64,000 bases of DNA from Podarcis cretensis (taxonomy: Eukaryota): positions 12,338,001 through 12,402,000 of the forward strand of contig OX638164.1 in NCBI GenBank assembly GCA_951804945.1. The letters run 5' to 3'. The first letter of the stretch is position 1. Every line of letters begins with the position of its first letter. Both the position numbers and the translations under genes were made by a program. Positions 26,027 to 38,462 of this stretch are shown here, in pieces. The notes under the pieces are model-generated. The model saw only the letters and a list, made by a program, of their open reading frames with translations. It was not told the DNA's origin and did no database searches.

Positions 26027-26572
26027 TCACACAACCTGCAGCCCCCGGTCGTGCCCATCCAGCTGCACTTTCAGTTTGTGGAGCTCTTCAATCTCCCGGT
26101 TGTGGCGCTCGGTTTTGTGGCGGACGAGGGAGCGGTAGAAATGGATGGTGAAGACGACAAAGATGATCCCCACCGGGACCATGATGATGGTGGAGATGAG
26201 AGCTGCCTGCCACCCTGTATGCTGGCTGGTCTTCTGGACAATGGCAGTGCCGTTTCTCAGCACGGAGTCCACGGGCAGGAACTTGATCCAGCACAGGAGG
26301 ACGACCTCGGCGAGGAAGAGGAGGATGCCCAGGACAGTGGAAAAGCCCCAGGCCAGCTCAATGTAGGGGTGCATGCGCTCGTGGGGGGACTCGCTGATAG
26401 AGTTCAGGTTGTGGATGTTGCTCACGGCTTCCACGTTGGGGAGGATGCAAGTGCTGATGAGCAGGGCGAAGAGGTGGACAGCCACAAGGATGGTAGTGCA
26501 GGCACTGAAGGCAATCAGCAACATCGGGGGGTACTGGTACTGCATCTCCAGCTGGACCTCCACCATCGCCAC
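26027..26572 (-). CDS. ORAI2: ORAI2 terminal coding exon (end of TM1 to C-terminus)
   Basis: VAMVEVQL selectivity-filter Glu, [17 protein letters not shown], and the ORAI2-type tail [20 protein letters not shown]. ttttcag acceptor, TGA stop. Confidence 0.98.
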   Translation of the reverse strand: MAMVEVQLEMQYQYPPMLLIAFSACTTILVAVHLFALLISTCILPNVEAVSNIHNLNSISESPHERMHPYIELAWGFSTVLGILLFLAEVVLLCWIKFLPVDSVLRNGTAIVQKTSQHTGWQAALISTIIMVPVGIIFVVFTIHFYRSLVRHKTERHNREIEELHKLKVQLDGHDRGLQVV

Positions 26573-26587
26573 CTGAAAAGCAACATC

Positions 26588-27174
26588 CGTCAGTGTTTGC
26601 TTGCCTCTACAAAACCCAGGAGAGAGTCGGCAGTAAATCACACCAGTCAAGTTGCTCCTTAATAGCAAGAACACAATTAGCACAGACTGGGCAGAGCGTT
26701 AGGCTTGATGAGCATGGCAGCTCATCCCTGGTAGGTCTTGCCTCATGAATCAGTTGCTGAGACTGATAATCCCTCCAAGCAATTGGAGACTGTGCCTGCA
26801 TGCAGCCAACCTCTCCTCCACCCTTTTCATGCCTCTTCTGGTTCTGGGATAGAAGTGGGGAGGGCAGCTTGTCACAGCAGGAGAGGGAGAAACCTGTGAT
26901 TCGTCGCCAGCCTGACTCATCTCTGCCTCTTGGCCTCCCTCCTCTCCTGTTTCAACTTCTGCCTCTGATTCTGGACATCTCTTTGCCACGGACTCTCCCA
27001 GCTCACTAGGTCCTGTTACCCCTTCAGCTTCCGACACCGCCTCTTCCCAGTCTTCTTCCTCCGACCACACATTGTTGCCCCACCACCAATTCCTGGACTC
27101 TGAGGTTTCTTCCCTTGGGGGGTTCCCCAGCTGGTTCCTCCCACTATTCCTTTGCATCCAACCAGTCTGTGACA
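26588..27174 (-). mobile_element. Probable solo LTR (Gypsy-like) in the last ORAI2 intron
   Basis: Begins TGTCACAGACTGG and ends ...CACTGACG (TGTCA/TGACA-like termini). Purine-rich body I recall as a lacertid LTR repeat. No clean TSD. Confidence 0.5.
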
Positions 27175-27404
27175 ACTGCTAATCCACAAGAACAACCCAC
27201 AGAAGCAATTGTCATTCACTCAATGCATGAACCAACATGGAATTCACTGTCATGGGACATGGGGATAGCTCAGATGGTTTTAAAAAGGGGACAAATTAAC
27301 AGAGAATAAATCTATAAACAATTACTATTTAGAATGCCTATGTCCAGAGGAAGAGTATTTATTTATTATTATTTGTTATAAGTGGGACTTGATCATTATA
27401 AAAG

Positions 27405-27800
27405 TTGACAGGTGGTTTCCCCCCTATATGTGGTAGCTACACCCTCGAGGGCATTTCCTTTTTGGGAAAAGTGTTTTATGAAGCTGCTTTAATCACTAAG
27501 CAAAACACGCCTCTAGATTCCAAGATCACCCTCTTTTCATTCCATGTGGAAGCTGCTCGGGATCTTTCAAATAGTAATAAAAAGTGTATAACTCGTCTAA
27601 TGACTGCAGCAAGCCTTATAATTATGAAATTCTGGAAGACTTTAAATAGAGACCTTTTGGAAGCTTGGCTGTCACAACTTCGGGATCTAGTTTTGATGGA
27701 TAAGCTAATTTCACACATGCGGGGGGTGGGGGGAAATGTACAGGCATAATAAAATCCAAGACTTTATCTTCAATCTGGTGCAAATTTATTATGTACGCAA
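27405..27800 (+). mobile_element. L1-type ORF2 C-terminal relic
   Basis: LMTAASLIIMKFWK...W...L...MDKL resembles the C-terminus of non-mammalian L1 ORF2. Confidence 0.55.
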
Positions 27801-29610
27801 CGCTGAAAGGACATGGCTACTGACCACTTGCAATGTGTGGCAATTTATGGAATGACGCCTTTATTCCATAAGTGAAATGACTCTTTGCACAGGATACTCG
27901 ATTCAGTTCCCCCTCGTTTCCCCCCACTGCCCAAAAGCCAGTCAATGCTCTTTTCTTTCCTTTTTTCAATTTAAAGGGGCAAGGTTGCTAGCAAGCACAG
28001 ATTTTGACAGGTTACCAAGACCAGCCAAACTCAGTGCTCCTCTGCGCTAGAGTGCACTTTCAGTTCACACGATGTTACAAGGAAGCCCAAGGTCCAGGCT
28101 AACGCCTTGTGTGAATTCAGCACGCGCTGTAGAACATTCCTGCATGTCGAAGGTTGCTGAGTTGGCACAGGGGTGCATCAGTAGACATACAGAAAGGCTC
28201 CCTGAAGCGGGGGGGGGGGTGTCCTGAAAACTACTCCACAATCGTGCCAGACCAAGAAAACATCTGGGTCAGGTCTCTCCGGGAAAACATTTTCTAAGTA
28301 GGTTAATTCAATATACAAATTAGCAGTAGTCTGTGCTACAGTGCCTTTTTGCATGAAAATACACACACACACACACCGGCTCCAAAGAACATAGGAAACT
28401 GCCTTATACTGAGTCAGACTCCTGATCTATCTACCTCAATAGTGCCTGCACTGACTGGCAGCAGCTCTCCAGGTCTTTCCCAACTCTGCCTAGAGATGTC
28501 AGGGATTGAGCCTAGGACATTCGCATGCAAATCGTGGACTCCACCACTGAGCTTTTACAACAGCACATCTCAAGCAACACCCTCGGGTTTCCACTGCATT
28601 GACGTCTCCAAGGCATCCTCGTCGGCAGGCCTCGAGTTGATCTAACTTCTCTACCAGTAAGGCTTGCGCTTGCTGCAGGTGTAGCTTTGCACATTCTCAG
28701 GCAGGGAGACAAACATGGAACTGGGGTTGCAGGTCACTGCAGCATCTCTCTTGCCATCCATGTCTTTTGGTCCTACCTGCACCGTGAGACAGCACTCGGG
28801 GCCTCCCCCTCAAAATGCCCATGGGGGCAGGATCACAAAAGGCTTAATATTCTTAGATAACATGACATACAAAGTGATGCCTGTTCCATGCTACTACAGC
28901 TGGACAGAAGCCTCCTACACTGCTTACGTTTCATTTTCTCTTCCCTTCCCTTCAGGACTGTGGCAGGGGAAAGAGGCCAGGCCCTGCTCAGTTATCTATT
29001 CGTGCCAGATGGAAGGGGCCGATCAGAGCCGTTTCGACAGAACCGCCCCACCTTATTAAATTTGTATACTGTCCTCTACCCATAGATCTCAGGGCGCTTC
29101 ACAACATAAGATCACAAAATAAAAAAAAACATAAAATACATAATGAAAACAACCCCCCCACACACACATTTTAGAAAGGTGTTGGATGCCAGTCAGCCTA
29201 AGGCAACTAAGGTCTAAACCCCTTTCAAAGCCCTCTCACTTGGTGTTCATAATGTGAGCTGAAGCCACCCAAAAGGCACATGGAGCCAATTTTTTTCAGA
29301 CACAGAAATGAAACTGACAAGCTGCTTTTATTTCTACATTCAGGGGAGATGTATGCAAGAGCACCAGGAACCAGAATTGGCCCTACCATTAGGTAGAGCA
29401 ACTCAGGGTAGCTGATTTGGGGTGATACTAAAGGGCATCAAATGATCAGCTATTTACCATTGCTGTATTTTTATTTTTACTGCCAGGACAGGGAATGGGA
29501 GAGGCGTTGGTAGGATTTTCTAGCACAGGTGTTAAAAAACTTGACTAGCCTTAGGCACATACCTGTCAACTTTTCCCTTTTCTTGCGAGGAATCCTATTC
29601 GGAATAAGGA

Positions 29611-29936
29611 GAGGTTAGGCTGGCCTCAACCAGAGCCAGGGCTTTTTCGGCTGTGGCTCCGATCTGGTGGAACGCTCTGTCACAAGAGACTAGGGCCCTG
29701 CGGGACTTGACATCTTTCCGCAGGGCCTGCAAGACAGAGCTGTTCCACCAGGCCTTTGGCCAGGGCACAGCCTGACCCCCTCCTTTGGCAATCCTCACAG
29801 AACTCTAGCCCAATGGTTGCCATTAATCTGTTTTGAATTAATTTTAGAATGAAATGATTTTAGAATGTTTTATCATTTTACTGTTGTTAGCCGCTCTGAG
29901 CGTGGCTTAGGCTGGTGAGGGCGGGATATAAATAAT

Positions 29937-29962
<26 letters not shown>
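29611..29962 (+). mobile_element. L2-like LINE 3' end with (TTA)n tail
   Basis: RAFSAVAPIWWNAL...FRRACKTELF-type ORF end, then UTR and (TTA)n. Confidence 0.75.
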
Positions 29963-29968
<6 letters not shown>

Positions 29969-30204
29969 GGGCTCGAACCCAAGACCCTGGAATTAAGAGT
30001 CTCATGCTCAGCTATTCGCATGGTGTGAGCGCAGATGCATGGGGTGTTTTTTTTTGTATACTGTAGGTTTTGTTTCTGCCTCAGGCTGCTTCTGATCCTG
30101 GGTCAGCATTAGAACATTCACATTAGCTATTAACCACAAGCTACAGACCAAACGGTTCAGAGATCAGAGCAGATTTTTGCAGACAAGCTGCTATGAAAAC
30201 ATAC

Positions 30205-30432
30205 CATAGCAAATCCAGAGAGTAACGCAGAAGTCCGGCTGGAAGCTTTCAACTTGGCTCGGCTCAGGTACAATTTCCGCCATGAAAGGGCCTGGACGGA
30301 ATGATGGTTGGATGTGACCAGCTCGAGGTAACTGCGACGCACCCAGTCTCGGTAGTCCATGCCCTTAGCGGCAGGCTCAGAGCAACAAGTGGATGCGGGA
30401 GGATCCACGGGGACATTTAACTCGGAACTCAT
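30205..30432 (-). CDS. ORAI2: ORAI2 first coding exon ([11 protein letters not shown]...[20 protein letters not shown]); exon starts at 30445
   Basis: ORAI2 N-terminus [16 protein letters not shown]. ttcccacag acceptor, ATG|GTATGT donor, 228 coding nt. Confidence 0.97.
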
Positions 30433-31166
30433 GATGAAAGGCAAGCTGTGGGAAGGTTGAGGAAAAAATCAGCATTGCAAACACCAGATACACGCCAGGT
30501 GCTGTGCGGAAGTCAAAGCAAAACGAGTCCTGGCTTGCAATCTAAAAGCACATGAGATTAGAGGAGAGGGTAGCTGGAGCAAAATGAGAAACTCCCCACA
30601 AGTTGGAGAGTGTAGGGAAAGGGGAAAGGAGAGAAAGGATGCAAAATATTCAACAGTCAGCCCAGGAACAGGAAAGAAATTAAAAAAGCGAAACAGTGCA
30701 TGGAAAGGTAAAACACAAGAAGGAAAAGATGAGTTTTCAATAACTTGTGAGACAAAGAAGTCTGCAGAATATTTTGAGGAAGACAGGACAGGAAGCAGGG
30801 AGATAAGAAACAGCTCAACCAAGGGTGAATTTAATAACTACAAAGGCAGATAAAAAAGAGCAAGATCATAAAGCGATTTAAAAGCTCAAGTGAGTAAGTT
30901 TAAATTCTATCCGAAGCAAGTGAAGGGGAACACGTAGGCCACCTTCGCATGTAATGTTAAACCAGATTTTCTGGCTTATAGTGGTTTTTTGAGAATAAGC
31001 AGCGCTACACTCTGCCCGGTTGCTCCCATTTCCCTTCTCCTCAGTCTGAGCGGAATAAACAAATCAAGAAGCTTCCCGTTACATTATCAACCTGGAGCCC
31101 ACAGCTTGCTGTTGCCTTGCTGGCCCTGTCAGGAGGAACAAAGAGGAAAGGGGTGAGGTTTCTTAC

Positions 31167-31261
31167 CTTTTAGGCAGCTCCGTCTTGCTCCCTCTCACCC
31201 ATACACCTCCTTTTCCTTTTATTGTTCCTTAACCACTCATCCCTGTCCAAACACTCTCATT
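31167..31261 (-). other. ORAI2: Candidate ORAI2 non-coding 5' UTR exon
   Basis: Acceptor gtttttgcag and strong donor AAG|GTAAGA define 95 nt. No transcript evidence. Confidence 0.4.
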
Positions 31262-31486
31262 CTGCAAAAACACTACTGCCAGGAGATATGCAAACGTAGC
31301 TGTCTATGGAGCGTTTGCATAATGAGAGCAGAATGTGGGGGTGGAAGGTTCGGCAAAAGAGAGAAAGAGTATTTGCTCAACCCCCAGTTTCTCTGAGCAG
31401 GTTCTCTAGAATCCCTCTTCCTTGCCATCTACCCCAGAGTTTAAAAATCCCAAGTTGCTAAGCGATATGTTGGAGCAAAGGCATTT

Positions 31487-31488
<2 letters not shown>

Positions 31489-31533
<45 letters not shown>
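31489..31533. repeat. (TC)n microsatellite (others: (TATG)n ~16149-16180, (TAT)n ~37834-37876, (CA)n ~45237-45264)
   Basis: Read directly from the sequence. Confidence 0.95.
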
Positions 31534-31536
<3 letters not shown>

Positions 31537-32779
31537 CCTCCCCCCCCCCCGCCGCCTTGTGCAAGGATTGGTTCTTTAAAATTCAATGCTCGCACCTCAA
31601 AACATTAGTATTTGCTCCAAGTATTCAAAGCCTCCTCCCCTTTTCCATCTACTTATAGGGTGGAAATGGAGAAAGCTTTCATTCATGAGCCACAATTTTA
31701 GAAAAAGAACTGTGTGTGTATGTGTGAAAGAGATGAGAGAGAGAGAAAGAGAGAGAGAACGCAGACGGAAAAGAATTTAAGCTCAAGGCAATAAAGACTA
31801 CAGTGAGATGGACCTCACTCACTTATAAAACAAGGTTCAAACAGAAAATCAGATGTGAGGGCTGCAAGGTTGGGAGTTCTATAGTAATTCCACGGGCCTG
31901 ATCAAATAATATTCCCAGCTTCCTTACCCCCAAATTATGTATTTGCCCTAGAGATGCAACATGAAGATAGCCACAATACTGTATAGGAAGGATCCTGTAC
32001 TCTGTTACTTTTATGAAGTATTGGTGCATTCATTTTCCCTGCAGCACACTAATTTCATTTATAGAACTGATCTTCCACTTTTCAGCTTGGAAGCTCTCAA
32101 GAGGCTCACCGAAGGAAAACATATTTAACATGGAAGTTTTTAAAAATTTAAAGCATTCCCAAGCATAGTTTGGAGTACACTATTAGAAATACCAACGTCC
32201 TTTGGGGGGACGGGGACAAGGAAGGTGTTTGCTTGGTGCCTAAAAGAAGAAAACAACATTGATGCTAGCCAAGTGTCGCCGCGGAGGGAATTTCAAAAAG
32301 AGGAAGCATTGCTGAAATTGCCCTGTCTATATTTGAGGGGGATAACTAGGGCAGGGTCCCAGGTTCATGTAGGGGAGAGATTCAAGAACGCACTGGTAAA
32401 TTTAGGCTTGTGTAATTAAAACAGATCAAGCTTTGTGCAAGCAAATCAGAATGAATGCTCAATAAACAGGTCACCTGGGTGAGCTCAGAGAAGTCAAGGT
32501 AGTGTGTGAGGGGCTGGAAGTTGCCCTGTAGGTATGCTGGGTACCATAAATGTTTGCCACATCTTTGGCCTCTTAGATGCTGCTCATCTTGCCAGCTCGG
32601 CACAATCCAATCTCTGCACCACAACAGCTACCTTTATTTGGAAGATAGGACTTGAGTGATATCAATAAAAAGGAATGTTTTATAGATAAGAACATCCAAT
32701 TCAGCATCCTGTTCTCACAGAGGCCAACCAGAAGTTTCTGGAAAGCCAGGAAGCAGGACCTGAGTGCAACAGACCTCTC

Positions 32780-33082
32780 CAGAGGCATAGTTGGGGGGAC
32801 AGGGGGGGGCACTGGGTGCCACACCGTGGGGGGCAGCACTTACCGTGGGTCGTGTAGTGCACCAAAGCCATGCCTCTCTCCTGGGAGTGATGCAGTGGTC
32901 CGGGTGCCTGCAGGCTCCATGCTGCCCGAAATGGCAGCGTGGGGCTTGCTTCTGCCTGCTGCCTCCCTCACAGCTGCCCTACAGCCCTGCCCTGGCTCGC
33001 TCTGCCCAGTGGGTAGCTTGTCCTGCCCCCATGGACGATTCATCCCGCCCCCGGGGCACCCGAGCGACTAGCTACGCCGCTG
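32780..33082. mobile_element. hAT-like element nested in a CR1 3' fragment
   Basis: TIR CAGAGGCATAG/CAGCGGCGTAG. TSD GACCTCTC/GCCCTCTC (7/8). The host repeat resumes on both sides (~32686-33160). Confidence 0.7.
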
Positions 33083-35716
33083 GCCCTCTCCCCACTTGTA
33101 AATTTCAGCAACTGATGTTTAGAGGCATACCGCCTCCGAAAGTGGAGACAGAACATAGCTATAAATTCTACCCTGCTCTTTTCAATGACCGCACCTAACA
33201 AAAGCTCACTGTTCTCTTCTGGGAATAATTCAATGAACTGCTGACAACCTATTATGCCCTAATGGCTTCAATCCAACATACCTTAACAAAGAGATTGTGA
33301 ACCTGTGTCTGTAAGATGTTTTGGACTAGTCAGGTCAAAGCTCTGACTAGTGCAGCGTCCTGTACTCACAGTGGCCAACCAGATGTCTATGGGAAGCCCA
33401 GAAGCAGGGCAGGAGCGCAATAGCACACTCCTCAACCAATATAGCCAATGGTCAAGGAGGAGTAGTTCTATAATCCAGCAACATCTAGAGGGCTGCAGGT
33501 TCCCCAACTCTGCCTTACAGACTGTCTTCTCCAATGGCCCTGTTCTCATCTCTAAGCTCTGCAAAAGGTGACCTCTTAATGGTCCTACTGGTGTATCAGG
33601 TTTGCAAAGGGAAGAAGAGAAATATGATCAGTAGCTTCCTCAGGTTTCCTTCCCCCTGGAGACTCACTGAAGTCCAAGGCTGATCACCACCCAGAAGTGT
33701 TACTAGACCTCCCTTTGAGAATCATAAAGACCAAGATCTAGGATCACATTTGCAGTAAAGGATCACTATCAAGGATGAACTTTCAGGAGGATCACAGCCA
33801 AGTTAGAAAAGAGCAGAGAAATTTCTATGAGTTTTGTTGCGTTTTATTGTGTTTTAATGCACAGCCCACTCCTATGCTTTTGAAAGGCTATAAACTGAAA
33901 TAGTGTGGGGAAGCTGCTACAGCAGGGACTGGCAATTGTTTTAGCCTCAAGGAGTGGGTGCCCTACATCAGTGGGCATGGCTAACAGAAGGTGTGGCAGT
34001 GGCTGGAGCCAATGTTGTCATTTACACACACATGCACATTCACACACACTCCAATACAGTGATTACAGACTGTGGCATTCCCAGGTAGGCTTACATAATG
34101 CAAATATGCATTAAAAATATGTCTGCCTGATCATCACACATCATGACTACCAAAAGGGCATCTTCATGCCTTCTCCCTCATGGATTTAATTTTATTACAT
34201 TTATAGCCTGCATTTTCTCCAATAAGCTCAATGCTCTGAACTCATCTTATGATCACAATACTCCTGTTAAATCGGCATGTAGGTGAGAGTTAGTAACTGG
34301 CCTGATGTCACCCAGGGAGCTTCATGGCCGAGGGTAGATTCGAACCTTGGTTTCCCAGGTGCTAGCCTAATATTTTAACCGCTATTGGGTTATTGGATCC
34401 AAATTTACATTCAATACAAGAACCTTTAAGACATCCCCTCCTCTCGCAATCTCAACTTACTCCACCAACCCCTGCAAAATGAAGCGGCAATACCAACTCA
34501 CAGACTATATATACTTTACAAAGCCGGAGGCTGGAAGAACATCAGATTATCACAAATTATTCATTGTCTTGGAATAAAAAAACCTACCCTGATTTTGAGA
34601 ATGCAGCCTCTGCTAAGTCTGGGCCCCCCTGTAATTCCACGGGCTTCGGTGGGCGTTGCCTTGGAGAGAGCATTTGGCCTCGCCACAAGTCATGTCAGCA
34701 AAGCACTCCGAAGAGGGGAAGTGCTTTAGGAGTGCTGGCTGATGCTGGTTTTGATCTTGTTTGTCATCTCTGCTTCAAAGGCAGCAGGGGGAAAGCCTTA
34801 CATCTCTTTTCTTTCCCCCAAGAGTAGTGAACAATGTAAGCAGAGGGAGGAAAAAAAAATATCATTGTATGCACCAGACTCAATCTTCTTTTTCCTTGAA
34901 TTAGTTTTTCAATGCATAGTCTCTCTCTCTCTCTCTCTCCCCCCCCCCAGCTATAGAGGGAAAAATGGGGGAGGAAAAGCCCATGAAATGAAGGAGGTAC
35001 AATCTGTAATATTTCCATGCAAAACTTGAATTTGTCTTTGCATGCTTCCCGTAAATTTCACTCCATCTCTTTTCTCATCAAATCAGAGGTCCTTTCTTAG
35101 TACCCCCCTCTTGGGACCCCTTCTTCATCACCCCATGGACATTTGCAGGACATCAGTGAATCTCTGTTCTCTCCGTTCCCCCCTGCCCCTAACCGCCACT
35201 ACTCCAGAGTTTTCAAATAATCTATTTTTTTCTTCCCATTTGTGCTGCCAATGAGCAACTGTTCCCTAAAAGATCATTGTTCCAGACTCCTCTGTTCTTC
35301 CTCACTCAACCCCTAGAAGTGTGTTCATTTCTTCCTCCCGACTCAATAGCCTTGCAGGCAGCAAACCGTATCATATTTGGCTGAATCAGATATACATGCC
35401 CTTTCTTCCATGTCTCCCGCAGATCTCCCTGCCCCCAGCCTTGTTCTTATGCATTCAGAGGCTGCCCTGTGGCACAATCGAGAGTGAAATCTTTTGTTCC
35501 AAGCAGATCGATGGATGCAGAGCCAGTGCTAAGAGGACGATTCGCTAGATCTAGCACTGTTTAGCTGGTGACGGAGGGTGCATGATGAGTCATTGGAATG
35601 AGGCCATGATCTATTACTCACGTAGAAAAATGCAGGTTCATTGTAATGTCTGAAATGCAGCACATTTTGTTTCCTGCCATAAACACACAAATTGGGAGGC
35701 AGTAATGCTTCTGAAT

Positions 35717-36077
35717 GGGACATGGGTGTTGCTGTGGGTTAAACCACAGAGCCTAGGACTTGCCGATCATAAGGTCGGCAGTTCAAATCCCCGCGACGGG
35801 GTGAGCTCCTGTTGCTACCCCGGTCCCTGCTCCTGCCAACCTAGCAGTTCGAAAGCACGTCAAAGTGCAAGTAGATAAATAGGTACCACTCCGGCGGGAA
35901 GGTAAACGGCGTTTCCGTGCGCTGCTCTGGTTCGCCAGAAGCGGCTTAGTCATGCTGGCCACATGAGCCGGAAGCTGTACGCTGGATTCCTTGGCCAATA
36001 AACTGAGATGAGCGCTGCAACCCCAGAGTCGGCCACGACTGGACCTAATGGTCAGGGGTCCCTTTACCTTATAACTT
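35717..36077 (+). mobile_element. Sauria SINE inserted in a CR1 3' fragment
   Basis: Full-length body. 14-bp TSD TAATGCTTCTGAAT at 35703-35716 and 36078-36091. Confidence 0.92.
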
Positions 36078-36884
36078 TAATGCTTCTGAATACCTGTTGC
36101 TGGAAACCACAAGAAGGGGAGAAGTGCTCTTGTGCTCAAATCCTGCTGGTGGGTTTCTCAGAAGCGTCTGGTTGACCACTGTGACAACATGAAGCTGGGC
36201 TACATAAGCCACTGGCCTGATCCAGCAGCCTATGTTCTTAAACTGAGTAAGCAAAATGCACATAGCCGTGGAAGCCGCTCCACTATACAAAAAGGAAAAG
36301 GGGAAAGTTGATGTCCAGCAGGCATCTTTCCCCTGTCTCTCCTTCAGTGGGGTGAAGGTGGATGGAATCATGCCTGGAATCTAGGGTGGTACCTTTTCAT
36401 TGATGAAGTGAGAGAGTTAAGGATGCACTGAATACTCTTCCATGGAAATCCATAGGAATTAAAAGCATCTTGTATGTGGACTATGCTGTGTTTACACTTT
36501 GAGCTCTCCTCCCTCTCTCATTTGACACACATGAACACCTACTAGGCCAAATGAAGGTCTTCTGTTTGTCAAGCATTAAATGGAACCACCTTTGCTCTCT
36601 TACAGCTGGCTAAAACTCTGTCCCTGAATGAGTGAATGTTTATTATTACAGCTAAACATAGCCCGCATAGTAAAACCTGAATCTCAGCATATTTTTTTAC
36701 ATGAACGTTATGTCCCTGAACATGTGCTGCAGCTGTGCCAATGCCTGCTTTCCCCACCTTTCAAATCCATCATCAGAAAACCACCTTTACCCACATGGCT
36801 TTTGGCTCAACCCTTTAATACCCACCCCCATCTGTAACTGAGCTTTGATCATGACTCGCCCTCATATGGCTCCTCATATCTCTC

Positions 36885-36951
36885 AATACTTCCCCTATCG
36901 TCTTAAATACTTCCCCTATTGTCTTAAATACTTCCCCTATTGTTTTAAATA
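36885..36951 (+). repeat. 21-bp tandem repeat, three copies
   Basis: AATACTTCCCCTATYGTYTTA three times. Confidence 0.9.
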
Positions 36952-37833
36952 ACAAGCTCCTTCAAGGCAACAACCTGCCTATTTTTGTCTACAAAATTCC
37001 ATAAGGCAACCTGTAGCCCTCCAGATGCTGTTGCACTCCAGCTCCCATCAGCTCCTGCCAAAAGTCAAGGTTACAGTGAGCTGTACACTCATGATGTATA
37101 CTGATGCCCTGGGGAAGAGCACTAACAACATAATGAAGACTTACAAAATTATATAGGAAGAAACAAACAGGTCTCTGCCCCCAAGGAGTTTACAATCTTA
37201 GGGTGGTACTCAGTGCTAGCTCTTCGTCAGAGTAGACTCACTGAAGTCATCATGGACATGACTAAGTTAGGACCATTACTTTCTATAGGTCTACTCTGAG
37301 GTGGACTTAGTTGACTACAACCCTTGTAGTGCAAAATGTGCATTTACTCAGAGGTAAGTCCCCACAGTGTCTGGGTGGGGGCTTGGCGATACAAGCACCC
37401 GCATCACATGCAGAAGGTATCGGGTTCAAAAACTGCCATCTCCAGATAATTCTGGGAGACTCCTGCCTAAAAACTGCATCTAACAGGCAATATGGAATTA
37501 TTGTCCTTAACCGTAGGGTTTCTAGACATTTAATTACGTATTAATAACACAACATTATATCCACATTATTTACTATGCATCATTTCACACTGCATTGCAC
37601 TGTATGGATATGCTGCACATAGAATACACACATGCTGTTAAGATTTGGTTGGCGAGGTTTGTCACTAGTCCAATCCCTGCCCTGACTCTCCTCTCCTGAC
37701 TCTTCTGTCAACAAACAAGATCTTAGGTATTGAGAGCCCTTTTAAAAAAACGCCACTAATGAATCGGGGAGAAGTGACACACGTCCCACGCCATGACAGA
37801 TCCTATTCCACAAACGTGCAATATGGTGGAGCC

Positions 37834-37878
<45 letters not shown>

Positions 37879-38089
37879 ACCTCTTTATGCGCCTATATTA
37901 TTATTATTAGATACTTTTGGTTTGTTTTAAGCCGTTTTCAATATTATGCTTTCCTAGGAATGCTGTGTTTTAATTGTAACCCGCCCTCGGACCTGGGGGG
38001 GGGAGGGAAATAAAATAATAATAACAATAATAATAATGGCAATCAATAATAATAGCAATATGCAAATATGCAAATAAGCAGCTCCCCAT

Positions 38090-38350
38090 CGCAAGGCGTC
38101 TCCCCGAAGTCCAGCCCTCCTGCCGACTTACCCCACAGGCAGCAGCAGCAGCAGCAGCAGGAGGAGCAGCACCGCCGCCCCAGCCCCACTAACGCCGCCT
38201 TCGCCGCTGCCAAGGCAACGCCAGGGTCCCGCCACGTGACCGCTCTGGAGTAGTGAGCACGTGACCAAGCCTCTTCTCTCCCTGCTACCCCTCAGACAGG
38301 TCTCGATTCCCGGCAGGCGAGAGGAGTCAGGAACGAGCGCGTGTTGCAAG
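38090..38350 (-). promoter_or_regulatory. ORAI2: Probable ORAI2 promoter and non-coding first exon (donor at 38131)
   Basis: Small GC-rich island. Donor GGG|GTAAGT, (CTG)7 in the exon, and two GGTCACGTG E-boxes (CACGTG at 38233-38238 and 38258-38263). Confidence 0.65.
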
Positions 38351-38462
38351 AAGGGGTTTCATGTTTTTCGTTTTTCATTAAAGAGATAAACATATATACT
38401 CTCTGTGTGTATACATATACAGCGAGAGAGAGATACATATACATACACATACACATACACAT

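Noticed and set aside
25940-26662. 240-aa plus-strand ORF
   Set aside because: Antisense shadow of the GC3-rich ORAI2 exon, with a non-ATG start and no recognisable domain.
26573-26683. N-terminal extension of the 218-aa ORF (MLIVFLLL...)
   Set aside because: Intronic read-through upstream of the ORAI2 splice acceptor at 26573.
26750-27175. 141-aa acidic ORF
   Set aside because: TTG start, lies within a purine-rich LTR-like repeat, and has no domain.
36885-36951. CRISPR-like array
   Set aside because: A head-to-tail minisatellite without spacers in a eukaryotic intron.
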